The notes beneath the pieces were generated by a model. The model worked only from the letters and a program-made list of their open reading frames with translations, did not search any database and was not told the origin of the DNA. From positions 1 to 48,611 of the IMG/VR virus record IMGVR_UViG_3300013902_000003: a DNA stretch of 48,611 nt. One strand, 5' to 3'. The translations under genes were made by a program, and so were the position numbers. Below are positions 32,849-39,859 of this stretch, piece after piece (the first letter of the stretch is position 1; every line of letters starts with the position of its first letter). This DNA is from a virus.

Positions 32849-33048
32849 ACGAGATGGATAGATTATCAACTCCAGTAAAGGGCTTAGTCTTAGACCTGAA
32901 TTGGAAGATTATGAGACTCAAGTACGAATCACAATCTTTGCAGTTTAGTCAAAGAGAACGGTTCAGGAAGAAGAGAGAGCTAGATAAGGCACTCAGAGAA
33001 AGAGAGTTTTGGCTACAAGGAGGAAAGAGGAAAGCAAATGAAAGTTAA
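32845..33048 (+). CDS. Small early protein (basic, helical)
   Basis: ATGA overlap with the upstream ORF. Confidence 0.5.
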   Translation: MNEMDRLSTPVKGLVLDLNWKIMRLKYESQSLQFSQRERFRKKRELDKALREREFWLQGGKRKANES

Positions 33049-33250
33049 TTACGACCCGTATTTAGTCATGACTGAGAAGCTCTTAAAACTCACAGACTCA
33101 CTTAGCTATTACGAAGAGCTTAGAACAACCTCAGAGCTAATGAGAAAAGACATCATAAGTATTCGTAGTCGTTTAAAGAGACTAAAGGCAAAGAGCACGA
33201 AAAACTCTCTAGAAACGGCATCAACAGGAAAGGCAGTGAAATTATACTAA
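33038..33250 (+). CDS. Small early protein (helical)
   Basis: Overlaps the upstream stop; SD GGAGGAAAGAGG. Confidence 0.5.
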   Translation: MKVNYDPYLVMTEKLLKLTDSLSYYEELRTTSELMRKDIISIRSRLKRLKAKSTKNSLETASTGKAVKLY

Positions 33251-33332
33251 AAGCGAAAAAGAATGCGTTAGAGCGCGTTTAATCGTGCTTAGAACAAAGA
33301 TTAGAAATAGAAAAGAAAGGAGAAATATAAAA

Positions 33333-33503
33333 ATGGTTATACTTTGGATTATTTTAGCCGTGGTTTTCGACTCATATTACGACAAGACTGAGGAAGATAT
33401 CTATCTCACTCTTTATCGTATCTTCAAGTGGCTAGCAATCATCGATGTTGCGTTTATCGTGCTCATTTGTGTTACAAGATGTGCCTTCTATATGAACTTC
33501 TAA
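33333..33503 (+). CDS. Small two-TM membrane protein
   Basis: ORF-track 33285 trimmed to the ATG at 33333, 9 nt after AAGGAG. Confidence 0.5.
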   Translation: MVILWIILAVVFDSYYDKTEEDIYLTLYRIFKWLAIIDVAFIVLICVTRCAFYMNF

Positions 33504-33531
33504 AAATAAAAGAAAATGGAGGATTAAAGAA

Positions 33532-33765
33532 ATGCCTATAGTAAATACAGAAGATTTCAAGAACGTCAGGACTTATCAGGATCTACTCAAAGCCGCAGCA
33601 AAAGTTAAGTCTGTCGCATCAGCTTTCTGTCTTAATGCTGTCATGACTGGCACTAAGAAATTCGCAACTTGTGAAGCATGCCCATTCTATAGCAAAAGAT
33701 ATGATGACTGTCTTAGTGGATTCATATCTCAGTGCTTAGCAGAGGAAATAGAACAGGAGGAATAA
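33532..33765 (+). CDS. Small Cys-containing early protein
   Basis: SD GGAGGA; 77 aa. Confidence 0.5.
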   Translation: MPIVNTEDFKNVRTYQDLLKAAAKVKSVASAFCLNAVMTGTKKFATCEACPFYSKRYDDCLSGFISQCLAEEIEQEE

Positions 33766-33769
33766 GAAG

Positions 33770-33955
33770 ATGGATATAACACTATTAATCATATCAGCAC
33801 TAATCGTAGCACTAGCAGTAAGCAATGTCTTATTGGTCTTAATGCTAAAGCAACTTGAAAACATAACATTCTCAGTCGGAGAAAGAACAAGCCGAGAATT
33901 GGATTCAATCAGAGAAAGAATGAAGTCAATCGAGATAGAGAGGAGGGAGAAATAG
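33770..33955 (+). CDS. Small single-TM protein
   Basis: Hydrophobic N-terminus; tightly packed with its neighbours. Confidence 0.5.
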   Translation: MDITLLIISALIVALAVSNVLLVLMLKQLENITFSVGERTSRELDSIRERMKSIEIERREK

Positions 33956-34153
33956 ATGAGTAACATATTTATTGCAGTCTTAACTCTAACTGACATTGTT
34001 ATGTGTCTTGGCTTTTTCGTAATGGGAAAGCTAATTGAAGAGCTAGAAGACAGAGTGAAGGTTTGTGAAAGCTACAACGAGCTAAATGAAAAAGAAATCA
34101 TGGCATTAAAAGGCAGATGCCGAGATTTAGAAGAAAAGATTGAGGAGAATTGA
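33956..34153 (+). CDS. Small single-TM protein with a coiled-coil tail
   Basis: The start abuts the previous stop. Confidence 0.5.
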   Translation: MSNIFIAVLTLTDIVMCLGFFVMGKLIEELEDRVKVCESYNELNEKEIMALKGRCRDLEEKIEEN

Positions 34154-34155
34154 GA

Positions 34156-34383
34156 ATGAAATACACATATGAAGATATTATTATTAACCCTAACGACAAA
34201 AGATTAGAGGGAGCTATTGGAAAGAAAGTCTATTTAGATTCAAGTGCCCTTGATATTTTGAGGCAGGCAAACGAAAAAGGTATCCCAGACATCCTAACGG
34301 CAATCAACAAAGAGATAGCTTGCCCATTTGAAGGGGTCAATTACGGCTATCCTTTCGTCATCATCAAGAAAAAAAGAAACTAG
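34156..34383 (+). CDS. Small protein, paralogue of the N-terminal domain of 34408..34875
   Basis: KYTYEDIIINPNDKRLEGAIGKKVY versus EYTYKDVIIDPQDERLKGAVGKQVY. The ATG at 34156 lies 8 nt after GAGGAG. Confidence 0.55.
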   Translation: MKYTYEDIIINPNDKRLEGAIGKKVYLDSSALDILRQANEKGIPDILTAINKEIACPFEGVNYGYPFVIIKKKRN

Positions 34384-34407
34384 CTGAAAGCAAGAAGGAG
34401 CAATCAA

Positions 34408-34875
34408 ATGGCTGAATACACATACAAAGATGTAATAATTGACCCACAAGACGAGAGGCTAAAAGGGGCAGTTGGAAAGCAAGTTTACTATGACGACAAA
34501 CCCATACTTGCGGTACAGTATGCAAATCAAAATGTAAAGACTGGCACTCTGATAAGACTAAATAAAAAAGGCGAGCAGTTCCCTTTTTGTGTTCAACGAA
34601 GAGAAGCTGAAGATAAATTTAACTATGTTTGTATCATCATCAAGAAAGAACCCGAAGTTAAGTATGTCCCTTTTGATTTATCAAAGGAAGAAGACAGGGA
34701 CTTTCTAAGAGATAAGTGGGTAAGACACAAGGAACGCCATGTCGAGTTTGTAATTAGAGAATTTTCTTCTAATGAAAGTGGCAAGTGGAACACCTATTGC
34801 TGTTCAGCTAAAAATCTTTTCAAAAACTTCACTTTTTTAGATGGAACGCCGGTAGGGAAGAAGGTGGAAGAATGA
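34408..34875 (+). CDS. Early protein whose N-terminal domain is shared with 34156..34383
   Basis: See the paralogue alignment above; SD AAGGAG. Confidence 0.55.
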   Translation: MAEYTYKDVIIDPQDERLKGAVGKQVYYDDKPILAVQYANQNVKTGTLIRLNKKGEQFPFCVQRREAEDKFNYVCIIIKKEPEVKYVPFDLSKEEDRDFLRDKWVRHKERHVEFVIREFSSNESGKWNTYCCSAKNLFKNFTFLDGTPVGKKVEE

Positions 34876-35153
34876 ATGAAAAATTAAAAAAGATTGGTGA
34901 TGAATTAGGTGCTGGATATTTAATCGATAGTTTAATTGATAGTTCTACAGATTTAGCACTCACGGCTCTTAAAGCAAAAAAAGAAGTAACGTCCGAGCTT
35001 TCAAAAGATTTCTTGTCTAACATGCTGTCTGTAAAAGTGAATATCGACTTAATTATTGAATCTTGTGGACTTGGAGAAGCCTTTAAGAAAATACAAGAAG
35101 AAGGGCTTGAACTATTATATGAAGCAGTCGGTAAGGAGGGAGAGAATGCTTAA
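34872..35153 (+). CDS. Small acidic early protein
   Basis: ATGA overlap with the upstream ORF. Confidence 0.5.
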   Translation: MNEKLKKIGDELGAGYLIDSLIDSSTDLALTALKAKKEVTSELSKDFLSNMLSVKVNIDLIIESCGLGEAFKKIQEEGLELLYEAVGKEGENA

Positions 35154-35367
35154 CATGAAAGGCGTCAAACACGGACAAATGGGCAAGCTCATATGTGTAT
35201 CAACTCCTGATGAATACGAACTTCCTTTACTCTTTACAAGAAGCTGTGACGAAGTGTCACGGTTTACAGGAGTCAAGAAAAAGTCCATTGCAGAACAGCT
35301 TAGTCGACAGAGACGCAAGCATATACAGGTAATAAGAATCGGAGGCTATCACATAGAGCAGATATGA
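35146..35367 (+). CDS. Small basic protein, possibly DNA-binding
   Basis: ORF-track 35056 trimmed to the ATG at 35146, behind AAGGAGGGAGAG. Confidence 0.45.
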   Translation: MLNMKGVKHGQMGKLICVSTPDEYELPLLFTRSCDEVSRFTGVKKKSIAEQLSRQRRKHIQVIRIGGYHIEQI

Positions 35368-35498
35368 AGAAGTTACTTAAGTTAATCTTACAAATCATTC
35401 TTGCACTAATAGAAATGGCAATGGCAGCACTTTTTATATATGTGCTACTAACATACGGATTACCCATCATACAGCAAATAGGAGAGTTAAAAAAATAA
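35364..35498 (+). CDS. 44-aa hydrophobic peptide (not in the ORF track)
   Basis: ATGA overlap with the upstream stop. MKKLLKLILQIILALIEMAMAALFIYVLLTYGLPIIQQIGELKK. It ends 1 nt before the next start. Confidence 0.45.
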   Translation: MKKLLKLILQIILALIEMAMAALFIYVLLTYGLPIIQQIGELKK

Positions 35499-35499
35499 T

Positions 35500-35700
35500 A
35501 TGCCAAGAACAATTTACAAAGTTATAAGAGCAATTGATCTTGAGGATTTTGAGAAGGCAGTAGAAGAAGCTTTAAACGAGGGATACATGCTACAAGGCGG
35601 AGTTGTTACAAGTAGTGCTTACTATCTACAAGCAGTAACAAAGAATGTAACGCTTCCATCTTATAAAGCGAAGAAGAGTACTACAGCAATAGAAAATTAG
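35500..35700 (+). CDS. DUF1737-like small protein
   Basis: YKVIRAIDLEDFEKAVEEALNEGYMLQGG pattern, recalled from memory. Confidence 0.4.
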   Translation: MPRTIYKVIRAIDLEDFEKAVEEALNEGYMLQGGVVTSSAYYLQAVTKNVTLPSYKAKKSTTAIEN

Positions 35701-35736
35701 TCAGAAAAAAAAACACTAAGAAAGGGAGAATATGTT

Positions 35737-36057
35737 ATGGCAAAGGGACAAGATATCCAGATTATCGAATACAGGAATGGCAAACCTATGCATATTTACG
35801 GATTACAAGAATGTGCAACGAATTATCATTGTCACACAGAGCTAATAAAAGGCTTGATCTATACAGGTCAAGCTTTTCCCTATTCAACAGACTCAATCAC
35901 ATTTGATATTCATCCAAAGAGCCCTTACCACATAGAAGAAGCTAAGATGAATCCAAATAAGAGAGAAAAATCTAGATACTACATGTACGAAATCGTTGAA
36001 GATAAAGACACAGATCAAGGGCAATTAACGTTTATGGATTTTCTAGATAAGGAGTAA
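35737..36057 (+). CDS. Hypothetical early protein
   Basis: SD AAGGGAG; 106 aa. Confidence 0.5.
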   Translation: MAKGQDIQIIEYRNGKPMHIYGLQECATNYHCHTELIKGLIYTGQAFPYSTDSITFDIHPKSPYHIEEAKMNPNKREKSRYYMYEIVEDKDTDQGQLTFMDFLDKE

Positions 36058-36071
36058 AGGAGATATTATAT

Positions 36072-36527
36072 ATGGCAAAGATGGGAAGACATCTTAAATA
36101 CGAAACTCCAGAACTCTTAGAGAAAGACGCAATGAAGGTACTTAACGAATGCTCTTTTGATGATGGTCCTGTTCCAACAATAGCATGGCTTGAGTTTAAG
36201 TTAGGTATAGACTTCTATACTTATGCTAATCGTCCACGTTTTAGAGATACTTGTAATCGACTCAATAAGATAGCCTTTGCACTATACGAGCAAAAAGCAA
36301 ATAGAGGGTTGATAGTCCCACAGATAGCAAAGCTCAAACTCTCACATCATCCTGAATACGCTCCCGTTGTTACAGAGATGGAAGTAAGACACGAAGCTAC
36401 AATAGACAATAAGCTCTTTGCATCTCTCTTTGATAAAGCTAACGCACTAGATATAGAGAGTAAGTCGCTCTTGATTGATAATCTCAATAAAGTAGTAGGA
36501 GATGAAGAAGGAGACGATGATAGCTAA
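36072..36527 (+). CDS. terS: Terminase small subunit
   Basis: N-terminus YETPELLEKDAMKVLNEC...PTIAWLEFKLGI typical of TerS. Immediately upstream of and overlapping the TerL ATPase ORF. Confidence 0.6.
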   Translation: MAKMGRHLKYETPELLEKDAMKVLNECSFDDGPVPTIAWLEFKLGIDFYTYANRPRFRDTCNRLNKIAFALYEQKANRGLIVPQIAKLKLSHHPEYAPVVTEMEVRHEATIDNKLFASLFDKANALDIESKSLLIDNLNKVVGDEEGDDDS

Positions 36528-37476
36528 GAAAAAACAAAATCTATCGGAAGAAAATAAGTTAATGGCTAAAGCTCTATTACAAGCTCTAGACAGATCATAC
36601 TACTTAAAGAGTTTAGGCTTCTCTTGTTTCGATTGGCAAATAGACGTTCTTAGAAACCCTGCAAAGAGAAAAGTCATAAACGGTGCTAGACAGAGTGGAA
36701 AGAGTACAGTTGTATCTGCTGTCCCCGCACATACAGCACGATTCTACCCAGGATCTATATCAATCATCGGTGCACCCACAGAAAACCAAGCAAACGAAAC
36801 TATGAATAAGGTTATCGCATTCATATCAAGAGACCCTGACTACCCCGAATTAAAGAAATGCTCCACAGAAGAAGTTGAACTCTCTAACGGTAGTAGAATC
36901 ATTGTTAGAACAGCTAAGTCTGATACGTTCAGAGGTTACTCTTGTCCACGCGTTATAATCTTAGACGAAGCGTCAAGAATAGAAGAGGACGCTTATACAT
37001 CCGGTGCACGTCCTATGCTCACAGATAACCCCAATGGAGAGCTGTATCTAATATCAACACCATTTGGTAAAGAAGGATTCTTCTACGAAGCGATGAACGA
37101 CACGACAGGAGTATGGAGCAGATGGAATATCAGAAGCCCTTATACCGTCGTTGGAACAGGAACAGAAGCACACTTAGAAGAGTATATGTCATCAGATGAG
37201 TTTGAGAGTCTAGGAGAGAATAGAGGTATCAAGAATTACTTTTCACCGCGTCACAAAGATTTATCATTCCAGAGCGAACAGTTAACAGAGATGGGCATCA
37301 TGCAATATAGACAAGAGTACGAGACCCTCTTTATAGAAAAACAAGGACAAGTCTTTAGCTACGATGAGATTCAAGATATGTTCGTTCATGGAAAAGAAGA
37401 CTTATTAACGATTGAGAGAAGGGCTCTAAATACAGGTGGCAAATCAGATAGCCATCCTATTTCTTTTGCTGTATAA
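36502..37476 (+). CDS. terL: Terminase large subunit, ATPase half only
   Basis: Walker A GARQSGKST and Walker B RVIILDEAS. Ends in a stop after the ATPase domain, and no nuclease motifs are present. Confidence 0.8.
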   Translation: MKKETMIAKKKQNLSEENKLMAKALLQALDRSYYLKSLGFSCFDWQIDVLRNPAKRKVINGARQSGKSTVVSAVPAHTARFYPGSISIIGAPTENQANETMNKVIAFISRDPDYPELKKCSTEEVELSNGSRIIVRTAKSDTFRGYSCPRVIILDEASRIEEDAYTSGARPMLTDNPNGELYLISTPFGKEGFFYEAMNDTTGVWSRWNIRSPYTVVGTGTEAHLEEYMSSDEFESLGENRGIKNYFSPRHKDLSFQSEQLTEMGIMQYRQEYETLFIEKQGQVFSYDEIQDMFVHGKEDLLTIERRALNTGGKSDSHPISFAV

Positions 37477-37538
37477 TACCCCTAGCACTGTCTGTAAAAG
37501 GGTAGGGGCGGTTAGTTAACTTCATGTCACCTAGACAT

Positions 37539-37579
37539 GGAGGGATAAAAAAACCTCCAAATCTTAAAAGAAGAGGAGG
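37539..37579 (+). promoter_or_regulatory. Alternative pairing element: CCTCC (37554-37558) can pair with GGAGG at 37539 or with the SD GGAGG at 37575
   Basis: Read directly. SD sequestration is typical of type I toxin mRNAs. Confidence 0.4.
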
Positions 37580-37586
37580 CACCAAC

Positions 37587-37676
37587 ATGACAGATTATGA
37601 AATGTTGAATTTAATAATTAGTCTGATTGGACTTGTTCTTACAGCTATTCTAGTAGCAAAGAACAATAAAAAATAA
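37587..37676 (+). CDS. 29-aa hydrophobic peptide, Hol-Tox/type I toxin-like (MTDYEMLNLIISLIGLVLTAILVAKNNKK; not in the ORF track)
   Basis: GAGGAGG lies 7 nt upstream. A single TM helix with a Lys/Asn tail, matching the recalled pattern of holin-like toxins of Bacillota. Confidence 0.5.
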   Translation: MTDYEMLNLIISLIGLVLTAILVAKNNKK

Positions 37677-37679
37677 AAA

Positions 37680-37780
37680 AACTAGTCGCCAATTGTTATT
37701 TTACCTCTTTACTTTTGGCGGCTTCAAACATAAATTCTTGAAGTTAACACGCTTTAAGCTTTATAGACAGTGCTACTTCT
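37680..37780 (-). ncRNA. Candidate antisense RNA (type I antitoxin candidate)
   Basis: Promoter TTGACT-17-AATAAT at 37787-37815 (minus strand). Terminator stem GCCGCCAA/TTGGCGAC (37685-37722) followed by a T-run that overlaps the toxin stop codon. Confidence 0.4.
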
Positions 37781-37786
37781 ATTCGT

Positions 37787-37815
37787 ATTATTACCTTATC
37801 CCATTCATAAGTCAA
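37787..37815 (-). promoter_or_regulatory. Minus-strand promoter TTGACT-17-AATAAT
   Basis: Homologous in sequence and spacing to the promoter at 27425-27453, but without an adjacent operator. Confidence 0.5.
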
Positions 37816-37835
37816 TATTTTTGAGCCTTCAAACT

Positions 37836-37855
37836 ACAACGACAGCACTACCAAC
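37836..37855 (+). promoter_or_regulatory. Late-block motif copy C (ACAACGACAGCACTACCAAC)
   Basis: Lies 51 nt upstream of the ATG at 37887. Confidence 0.5.
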
Positions 37856-37886
37856 TTATGTTTTTAAATAGTGATACTATCAAGCT

Positions 37887-38258
37887 ATGGCAGAAATACA
37901 AAACAAAGATATAGTTGAACTTAAGAACAGTACAGGGTTTATCGTTTTTCCAAAAACCACAGGAGAGGCTGTCTATCTAGCTGACGGACGAGACGTTGAA
38001 GCCTTTCTTAAGGCGCTACATGAAGCTTTAGAATTTAATATTGTTCCCAAAGCAAACGAGACAGTATCACTAGGTACAAGCGAAAAGAAATTCAAAGAGC
38101 TTAGAGTCAAGAAAATTTATGTTGTAGAGCTTGAAGCAACAGGTGGCTCTATTAACGTTGGAACTCTAAACGCAACTACCGTTGTCGCAACAAATCTCAA
38201 TGGCAACGTTAATTCATCTGGAACTACTAATAAAGTCTATGGGGCAGTGGCACAGTAA
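37887..38258 (+). CDS. Short fibre-tip-like protein ending in VYGAVAQ
   Basis: 123 aa. The C-terminal YGAV motif, and 13 identical nt (TCTATGGGGCAGT), sit at the same offset from the stop as in the long fibre (1231-1243). Confidence 0.45.
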   Translation: MAEIQNKDIVELKNSTGFIVFPKTTGEAVYLADGRDVEAFLKALHEALEFNIVPKANETVSLGTSEKKFKELRVKKIYVVELEATGGSINVGTLNATTVVATNLNGNVNSSGTTNKVYGAVAQ

Positions 38259-38767
38259 TGGCATTCAACGTAGGTGATTATATAACTGCAAAAGGCATTA
38301 ATGATATCAACAAGGCTCATATCTGGAATAGCTACCGTAAAGAAGGATGGAGAGACTGGAACTTAGATTACAGGTGGTATTCCCAAAGAAAGGCAGGGGA
38401 ACTTTTAGCGGAGATTCATATCCAAGTTGGGGCATTTGGAGGGATTGCCTACAGATTTGCAAAGGTTGACGCGTCGAACAACGTTCTTCAATGGCTTATA
38501 AATGAGAATTATGTAAATATCTCAGGAGTATCCAAAGACTTGACTATAAACTCTTTGGGGCCTGGATGGTATAGAGTATGGACAGCAGAGACTGCAAATC
38601 CTATGGCAAAACCTAACACAGGTAAGTTTTATTCATCACAACTAAACTGCCAAGCAAACAAATACCTCACGCTCTATGATGATCCTGCTGTTAGTGGCAA
38701 TAGATTAATAGGTTCATATATTACGGCCGAACTACTCAATAAAGGCCGTGGAGGCACTTTAAATTAA
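38258..38767 (+). CDS. Fibre-associated protein carrying the G-D-x-I-T-A..N motif twice
   Basis: TAATG start-stop overlap; VGDYITAKGIND and GSYITAELLNKG. Confidence 0.5.
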   Translation: MAFNVGDYITAKGINDINKAHIWNSYRKEGWRDWNLDYRWYSQRKAGELLAEIHIQVGAFGGIAYRFAKVDASNNVLQWLINENYVNISGVSKDLTINSLGPGWYRVWTAETANPMAKPNTGKFYSSQLNCQANKYLTLYDDPAVSGNRLIGSYITAELLNKGRGGTLN

Positions 38768-38800
38768 ACAAATACAAAACAATACAAAGGAGAAAGGAAT

Positions 38801-39103
38801 ATGGCAATAGAAGTTAAAGTATACAAAGGACAGAGTGCATCGGGGACACCAGATATCTCACGTGAAGTTAATAGATATGTTGTAAACGACGAGCACGTAG
38901 CAGTATCAGTAAAAGGTGGATTACTTAATAAAACAATCCTTTCTGGAGACTTAGTAACAGTCATAATTACTGACCCACAGAATGGCACTGTATCTAAGCT
39001 TTGTAAGTATATCTCTTACAATTTCCAAGTTATGGACAGTGCATCATCTTCAAGCCCTGATACTATTGCTGACAATACTCTTCTCTTTGAAGTTATCTAC
39101 TAA
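38801..39103 (+). CDS. Hypothetical protein, third gene of the inserted cassette
   Basis: SD AAGGAGAAAGGA; 100 aa. Confidence 0.5.
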   Translation: MAIEVKVYKGQSASGTPDISREVNRYVVNDEHVAVSVKGGLLNKTILSGDLVTVIITDPQNGTVSKLCKYISYNFQVMDSASSSSPDTIADNTLLFEVIY

Positions 39104-39119
39104 GGAACAACAAGCAAGA

Positions 39120-39839
39120 ATGAACGAGTGGATTATAAGCACTGATATTGCTAAGGCATATGACAGAACAACGGTTGCAATTTTTCAGAAGTGCAACGAG
39201 TTTCTCTCTGACGGTAGGTGCATCTCTTATATCATAGCAAGAGACCTTAAGCAGTGGGAGCAAATGCCATATACAGAACTAGGACGCGTTATGTGTCGAC
39301 TAGATAGCAATTCAGAGCTACACCACAACAACGATTTACTTGTTGATTCCACAGGAGTAGGAGAAGCAGTTTGTGATGTTTTTGAAGAAGCAGGACTACA
39401 ACCGAAGAGAATAATTTTTACAGGTGGAGAGAGTAGTAAGATTAGAACTTCTAGTAGAGCCTTTGCAGACTTCAATCCAAGACGAACTATTAATGTTCCA
39501 AAAGCAGAGTTAATTGACACTCTAAAGCTAGGGTTAGAACAAAGACGAGTAAGAACAGCAGAAGGAATAGCGTTCGAGGATGATATCAAAAAACAGTTCT
39601 CTCACTTTGTAGAAATGCTCACACGCACGAAGAAGGTCACATACGGGAATGATTCACCAACAGTGCATGATGATATCGTTTGTGCTTACGCTATGGCAAC
39701 GTGGTTCTTCTTTCAAGAAGACGGAGCATTAAAAGACTTTGTATATGACACAAAGCGTGGCTATAAGACATTATCTCAATCTAGATATCTTAAAGGCTCT
39801 AACGAAACAGCTGATTACGACGCAGAGAAGACAATTTAG
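39120..39839 (+). CDS. terL: Terminase large subunit, nuclease half only
   Basis: ORF-track 38982 trimmed to the ATG at 39120. Contains the RNase-H-like TerL nuclease motifs ISTDIAKAYDRTTVAIF, LLVDSTGVGEAV and HDDIVCAYAMATW. Confidence 0.8.
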   Translation: MNEWIISTDIAKAYDRTTVAIFQKCNEFLSDGRCISYIIARDLKQWEQMPYTELGRVMCRLDSNSELHHNNDLLVDSTGVGEAVCDVFEEAGLQPKRIIFTGGESSKIRTSSRAFADFNPRRTINVPKAELIDTLKLGLEQRRVRTAEGIAFEDDIKKQFSHFVEMLTRTKKVTYGNDSPTVHDDIVCAYAMATWFFFQEDGALKDFVYDTKRGYKTLSQSRYLKGSNETADYDAEKTI

Positions 39840-39859
39840 AAAAAAACAAGGGAGTTTTT

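Noticed and set aside
37466-39078. Imperfect direct repeat TTGCTGTATAATAC (37466) / TTGCTGACAATAC (39066) flanking the terminase insertion, as a possible excision site
   Set aside because: Joining at the shared TTGCTG puts the ATPase frame into the frame of ORF 38801-39103, which ends in a stop. It does not reach the nuclease frame, so precise excision would not restore terL. A 6+6-nt match is also expected by chance.
37477-39119. Group I/II intron or intein as the explanation for the split terminase
   Set aside because: The insert carries sigma-70-like promoters, terminators and four independent SD-led ORFs. There are no intein splice-junction residues or an intein-sized extension of the ATPase ORF, and no homing-endonuclease-like ORF was recognised. 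RNA splicing cannot be fully excluded without a fold search.
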